Shown here one piece after another: positions 37,711-42,188 of a DNA stretch of 42,188 nt. The notes under the pieces were generated by a model. That model did no database searches. It was given only the letters and a program-made list of their open reading frames with translations, and was not told the origin of the DNA. Numbering within the stretch: position 1 is the stretch's first letter; each line of letters opens with the position of its first letter. Made by a program: the position numbers and the translations under genes. Origin of the DNA: an uncultured Aminicenantes bacterium (GTDB lineage: Bacteria; Acidobacteriota; Aminicenantia; UBA2199). The stretch lies in NCBI GenBank assembly GCA_965195285.1, contig CBDAFS010000042.1, positions 1 to 42,188 on the forward strand, in the 5' to 3' direction.

Positions 37711-38790
37711 CTATTTTATTCCCATCACCGTTGCATAATGTCCAATAGGCTTTATATCAGGTTGTTTAAAATCTGGAATCTCAAGGGCATCAATTAATTC
37801 GAGATACTGGCTCCAATACTTTCCTTCATGCCACTTAAGATCTGAATCCCAGTATCCAGTAGAAAATTCCGGATAATCACCATAAGTATAACTGATCTCA
37901 ACAATATTCAGTTTGCCTTTTTCATCATAGATAAAGTCATATGCCATGACCTGGAAATTCATTTTTTGAGAAATTTCAAAACCGATTTTAACCATTTCCA
38001 TATCAATATGTGATCTATCCAGGTTCCAGTTATCACTTCCAGAAGCACGAAAATCATTTTTTCTAACAAATCGTCTAAAGGCAAAAATACGGTTTCCAAT
38101 GGTTGTAACCCTGGTATCATATTTGTTCCCAGGTAAAAATTGTTGGAAATAAATATAATTTTTATGAAGCTGCCAGTAAGGAAAAATATCAACTCCTTCT
38201 AACTTGTTTTTTATCCGTCGAGCAAAATGTCTTAATTCTTTATACAAATTAAAATCCTTAAATCGAGTGGATCTAGAACCAGGGATATTTCCGGTCACCA
38301 TTCCCTTTCCAAACATGATATCAATCAGATGCCGGGCTTGATCTTGTTCTTTCACCAATAACACACTGGATGATCCGGAACCGCTCTTCAATTTAAAGAC
38401 CAATGGATATTTAGCTGATTTAATCCACAACAAAGCCTCTTTTTTCTCCCAGAACACCCAGGAAGGAACGACCGGAAATCCATATGTTTTTAGAAGTAAG
38501 TATTGCTTGATTTTGTCATCATAATGCCAGCAGGTATTCTGATTCGGGAGGCATTTAATCCCGTAATGATTTTCAATTATGGGCAGTATGGTGGTGGCCG
38601 GATGATAATAGGTGTCATAGTGAATCCAGCTGTATATAAACAAATCCAGTTTGGGGACAACTTCCCAAAAATCATGTTGACTTGCCTCCAGTCTCACACT
38701 TTTTATATCATTAAATTCCAGAATCTTTTCAAATTTTAGATTCAAATCTCGGAATTTTCCAAATGGATCTTTATGAATCCCAACTAGCAT
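37711..38790 (-). CDS. RimK-like ATP-grasp protein
   Basis: YDDK, YPLVFKLKSGSGSSSV, YFQQFLPGNKYDTRV, DFRASGS, AYDF, VEISY. Confidence 0.88.
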   Translation of the reverse strand: MLVGIHKDPFGKFRDLNLKFEKILEFNDIKSVRLEASQHDFWEVVPKLDLFIYSWIHYDTYYHPATTILPIIENHYGIKCLPNQNTCWHYDDKIKQYLLLKTYGFPVVPSWVFWEKKEALLWIKSAKYPLVFKLKSGSGSSSVLLVKEQDQARHLIDIMFGKGMVTGNIPGSRSTRFKDFNLYKELRHFARRIKNKLEGVDIFPYWQLHKNYIYFQQFLPGNKYDTRVTTIGNRIFAFRRFVRKNDFRASGSDNWNLDRSHIDMEMVKIGFEISQKMNFQVMAYDFIYDEKGKLNIVEISYTYGDYPEFSTGYWDSDLKWHEGKYWSQYLELIDALEIPDFKQPDIKPIGHYATVMGIK

Positions 38791-38792
38791 TA

Positions 38793-40013
38793 TTATTCCC
38801 TTTCACATATTTCATTTTCAATTATTTTTATTGCCAATTCCCGATGTGACTGACAGCGTAATATATTTAAAATCCTTAGAAGTTTTTTTTTCTTCAATAT
38901 TTTAGCATTGAACCAGCCCTGCTTTAACAAATATTTTTCTACACGATTTAAATTTAAAACCGTTGACAAATAGTGTTTTCGTGTCAGCTTTAGTTCTCTC
39001 CATTCTTTTTGGAGCTCCTCAGGATCAGCAATAACTTTCGAAAATCGTGCGATCTTCCTCAAAAATTCTTTTTTTTCAAAACCTTCGAGCAAGAATACAC
39101 TCGGTTTTGAACGGTATTGTTCATACGGATGAAAATCAAGTCTGGATACTCCTGATTCTGAAAAATGCAAACGAACTATAAAACCTTCAAACCAGGGAGC
39201 AAAACTTTCATCAGGCCAGTCAAACACAAAATTACCCAGACTGTAAATCAACGGAGTGTTGTTATACAGTTCCACTCCACCTGGGCAATGGGGATGATGA
39301 CCGATAACAGCATTGGCTCCAATATCGGCAAAAAATCGGAAAATATCAACCAGACCAGGTCCGGGAAAATGAATATGTTCATTACCTCCATGCACAATCA
39401 CAACCAAATAATCAGCTTTCTTACGGGCTTCAAGAACATGATAAAAATTCTGAATAGGGTTCAGCAAATTGGCCCCACCTGAATCAGGTCTGGCAATGGA
39501 AAATTCATGCTCGGTTACATTAATCAAGGCAATCAATTTATTTTTTATTTTTATATACAATGGTTTTGCTGCTTCATTCTGATTGATCCCGGCCCCGACG
39601 GTGTGAATATTGTTTTTCTGACAAATTTTCAGAGTATCTAACAATCCGGCTTCGCCATAATCAAGGATATGATTATTGGCCAAATTAACCACATTAAAAT
39701 TTCCGTTCTTCAAGGCTTCCACACAATTTGGGTGGGCCTTTAGCAAGGGGCCGGTTTTTTTTATACCCCTATCAGATAGGGTCAGAGGACATTCCAAATT
39801 GGTAATGGCAATTTCATTTTGTTTTAATAAGGGCATAATTTCTGAAAATATTTCATCCACCCGGCCAGATAAGCATTGCTCTTCCGCTCTCCCTATTGGG
39901 CAGAAATCTCCGGATACCAATAATACAAACTCACTCGATTCTTTATGATCGAATTCAATAGAACCGGTTTGAATTTGATCAAAAAATTCATTAAAATGAT
40001 TCATTTTTCTCAA
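38793..40013 (-). CDS. CapA/PGA_cap metallophosphoesterase family protein
   Basis: GD, NLECP, LANNHILDYG, HGGNE, GHHPH, YSLGNF. Confidence 0.92.
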   Translation of the reverse strand: MRKMNHFNEFFDQIQTGSIEFDHKESSEFVLLVSGDFCPIGRAEEQCLSGRVDEIFSEIMPLLKQNEIAITNLECPLTLSDRGIKKTGPLLKAHPNCVEALKNGNFNVVNLANNHILDYGEAGLLDTLKICQKNNIHTVGAGINQNEAAKPLYIKIKNKLIALINVTEHEFSIARPDSGGANLLNPIQNFYHVLEARKKADYLVVIVHGGNEHIHFPGPGLVDIFRFFADIGANAVIGHHPHCPGGVELYNNTPLIYSLGNFVFDWPDESFAPWFEGFIVRLHFSESGVSRLDFHPYEQYRSKPSVFLLEGFEKKEFLRKIARFSKVIADPEELQKEWRELKLTRKHYLSTVLNLNRVEKYLLKQGWFNAKILKKKKLLRILNILRCQSHRELAIKIIENEICERE

Positions 40014-40019
40014 TAATTT

Positions 40020-41240
40020 TTACTTGATTGAAGAGAAAAAGACAGACAATCTGCTAAAAGTGGCATCAAATGAATATTTTTCAGATACCAACTTTTTACA
40101 TTCACAGCTCATATAGGCACGCAATTTTGAGTCGGTCAATAATCGAACAACACTCTGAGCAATCTCTGTATCGCTTTCATGAATAAAACCATGAGTACCA
40201 TCCTCCATTTCAATGCTGTTCAATGCATTCGGTGTGCCCACGACCGGAACACCCATGGCCATCACCTCTATCACCCGGCCTCGAAATCCGGAACCGATTT
40301 CCATTGGGATAACCATGACCATGGCTTTACCTAAATATTCACGGATATCCTCAATAAAACCGGTGACAATTACATTTTTATTATCATGTAATTGACAAAT
40401 CTCTTGGGGTGGATTCGCACCCACCACCAACAATTTGATATCGGAAATCTCTCTTTTAATCAAGGGTAAAATATTTTTCCACAACCTGAAAAAAGAAGAC
40501 ACATTTTGTTTAGATCCCATACTGCCATAAAACAATAGGGTGTTTTTTTTAGGACTGGTTTTATAACTTTTAAAATAATCTACATCCTGCCCGTTGGGGA
40601 TCAATAGGGATTTATAAGAAGGAAACTTTTCATCCAGAATTTCTTTTCCTCTCCTGGAATTTGGGATGATTAAATCAATAGCTTTGAAGAATCGCTGCTC
40701 AAGTATTTTACTTTTCTTGAGTTCTCTGTACTTAAAAAATGAAAATGTACCGGAATATTTTTTTTGTTTGTGTAATTGGATATTTTCATCTACTAAATAA
40801 TGGGTATCTATGGACTTAAATATCGCTCCATCCATTTTCAAAAAGAGTTTACCCTGATACCAGTAATCAATCTGAACGATATCATATTGATTACGGGCAA
40901 TAATATCCATTATCTTATTCAAAGAATGTCTATTACCATAATAAGAATATTCTCGGGGAATTCCTGCTAAATAATAGAACATATTATATTTAAAACCATA
41001 ATATTTTCTTTTAAAGAGGCTATCTTTCTGATTTATTGACTTTAGAGGATAAAAATTTCGGCAAATATTACGAAATTTCTTGATGGATAGTTCTACTTGT
41101 TCATTAGTCTGACAGAAAGTAACCACATCAACTGTATGATCTTTAGCCAGGCACCTAATTTTATTTAGAGTTCTTCTCTGACTCATCATCACAGTAGGAA
41201 ACAAAGACACCGGATTAACAATCAGGATTTTTTTCTTCAT
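40020..41240 (-). CDS. GT4 glycosyltransferase
   Basis: IPNG.D, FYGSM, VGANP, VTGF, GSGFRGRVIEVMAMGVPVV. Confidence 0.9.
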   Translation of the reverse strand: MKKKILIVNPVSLFPTVMMSQRRTLNKIRCLAKDHTVDVVTFCQTNEQVELSIKKFRNICRNFYPLKSINQKDSLFKRKYYGFKYNMFYYLAGIPREYSYYGNRHSLNKIMDIIARNQYDIVQIDYWYQGKLFLKMDGAIFKSIDTHYLVDENIQLHKQKKYSGTFSFFKYRELKKSKILEQRFFKAIDLIIPNSRRGKEILDEKFPSYKSLLIPNGQDVDYFKSYKTSPKKNTLLFYGSMGSKQNVSSFFRLWKNILPLIKREISDIKLLVVGANPPQEICQLHDNKNVIVTGFIEDIREYLGKAMVMVIPMEIGSGFRGRVIEVMAMGVPVVGTPNALNSIEMEDGTHGFIHESDTEIAQSVVRLLTDSKLRAYMSCECKKLVSEKYSFDATFSRLSVFFSSIK

Positions 41241-41252
41241 TAACTCTTCCTT

Positions 41253-42188
41253 TCACCAGCAAATACCTTCATAGTGAGCGCTCTTTTCCAGTTCCTTTAT
41301 TCGAACCAAGTCAATGATAACCTGGTTGGATTTTAACTTAATCTTCCGAAATTCTTCTTCTTTATTGACCAAAACCACAATTTCAGCCCACGCAACCACC
41401 TCATTTAATGACCCTTTCAAAATTTTCTCAATATGTGGTAATTTACTCTGAATATAAGCCTTGTTTACTCCAGTTAAATTCGACAAGTGAACATTTTTAT
41501 CATAGACCTTTACCTGAAAACCCTTGCCCATTAGTTGTTCAATGACTTCCAGAATGGGACTGAAGCGCAGGTCATCGGTCCCGGGTTTAAAACTAAGACC
41601 CAAAAATCCAATTTTCTTCTTGTTATCCTTTTTGATCATCTCCTGGGTCATTTCAATCTGGGTTCGATTGCTCTCCTCAATCGAATTTAAAACCGAAGAT
41701 TTCAGATAAAAATCATGCGCGATCATGGTCAATGCTTTCAAATCTTTGGGAAGACATGATCCACCAAAAGCGAAACCGGGTTTTAAATAATAAGAAGAAA
41801 TATTCAGCTTGGTATCCTGACAAAATACATCCATTACCTGGTGAGAATCAATACCCATTTTTTTGCAGATATTCCCCACTTCATTGGCAAAACAGATTTT
41901 CAATGCATGAAAAGAATTAGACACATATTTCAGAATTTCCGACTCCAGGACCGTCATTTCTACAACAGGAGCATTGACATGTCTATATAACTCGCGGGTA
42001 ATTTCGATTCCTCTCTCGCTTTCAGATGCAATAATTGTATAAGGAGGATGAAAATAATCATATACAGAAGTTCCTTCCCGCAAGAACTCAGGATTGGATA
42101 CAATGGCAAAATCTTGATTTTTTTTTTTTTCGTTGTGTTTCTCAACAATTTCACCAAACCTTTTATTGGTACCTGGAGGAACTGTGCT
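41253..42188 (-). CDS. UDP-glucose/GDP-mannose dehydrogenase (AlgD-like), 5' end beyond window
   Basis: Frame open to the edge: STVPPGT...SNPEFLREG; PGFAFGGSCLPKD; GLSFKPGTDDLR.SP. Confidence 0.95.
   Translation of the reverse strand, partial: STVPPGTNKRFGEIVEKHNEKKKNQDFAIVSNPEFLREGTSVYDYFHPPYTIIASESERGIEITRELYRHVNAPVVEMTVLESEILKYVSNSFHALKICFANEVGNICKKMGIDSHQVMDVFCQDTKLNISSYYLKPGFAFGGSCLPKDLKALTMIAHDFYLKSSVLNSIEESNRTQIEMTQEMIKKDNKKKIGFLGLSFKPGTDDLRFSPILEVIEQLMGKGFQVKVYDKNVHLSNLTGVNKAYIQSKLPHIEKILKGSLNEVVAWAEIVVLVNKEEEFRKIKLKSNQVIIDLVRIKELEKSAHYEGICW

Noticed and set aside
42083-42188. Frameshift at A13 in the dehydrogenase
   Set aside because: STVPPGT and NPEFLREG are in the same frame; the ORF is only cut by the window edge.

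Overview
AT-rich bacterial window with every credible gene on the minus strand. Read in transcription order (right to left), it holds a large Wzy-type exopolysaccharide/capsule locus: an AlgD/Ugd-family dehydrogenase, GT4 glycosyltransferases, CapA, three ATP-grasp ligases, an Asn-synthetase-like protein with pseudogene debris, WecB, a priming sugar transferase, two O-antigen-ligase + TPR-like gene pairs, Wzc, a PHP phosphatase, an OM beta-barrel and Wza. This runs into a SynChlorMet(Scm)-like RiPP cluster with a tandem PqqD/RRE, two radical SAM/SPASM enzymes, a 77-aa Cys-periodic precursor, an HprK-like kinase, an S24/S26 peptidase, an ABC exporter and an NTP_transf_5-like nucleotidyltransferase cut by the window edge. 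An unusual repeat architecture overlays both. Four four-helix-bundle (IVS/Avd-like) genes are each bracketed by their own inverted 7- or 8-nt tandem repeats. Long imperfect inverted repeats bracket whole gene modules, including the RiPP core. 'Empty' periodic hairpins sit between genes, and the same repeat vocabulary is inserted in-frame in three unrelated proteins. Gene content is reminiscent of Ca. Aminicenantes or related sediment bacteria (inference only). All family assignments come from motif recognition, not database searches.
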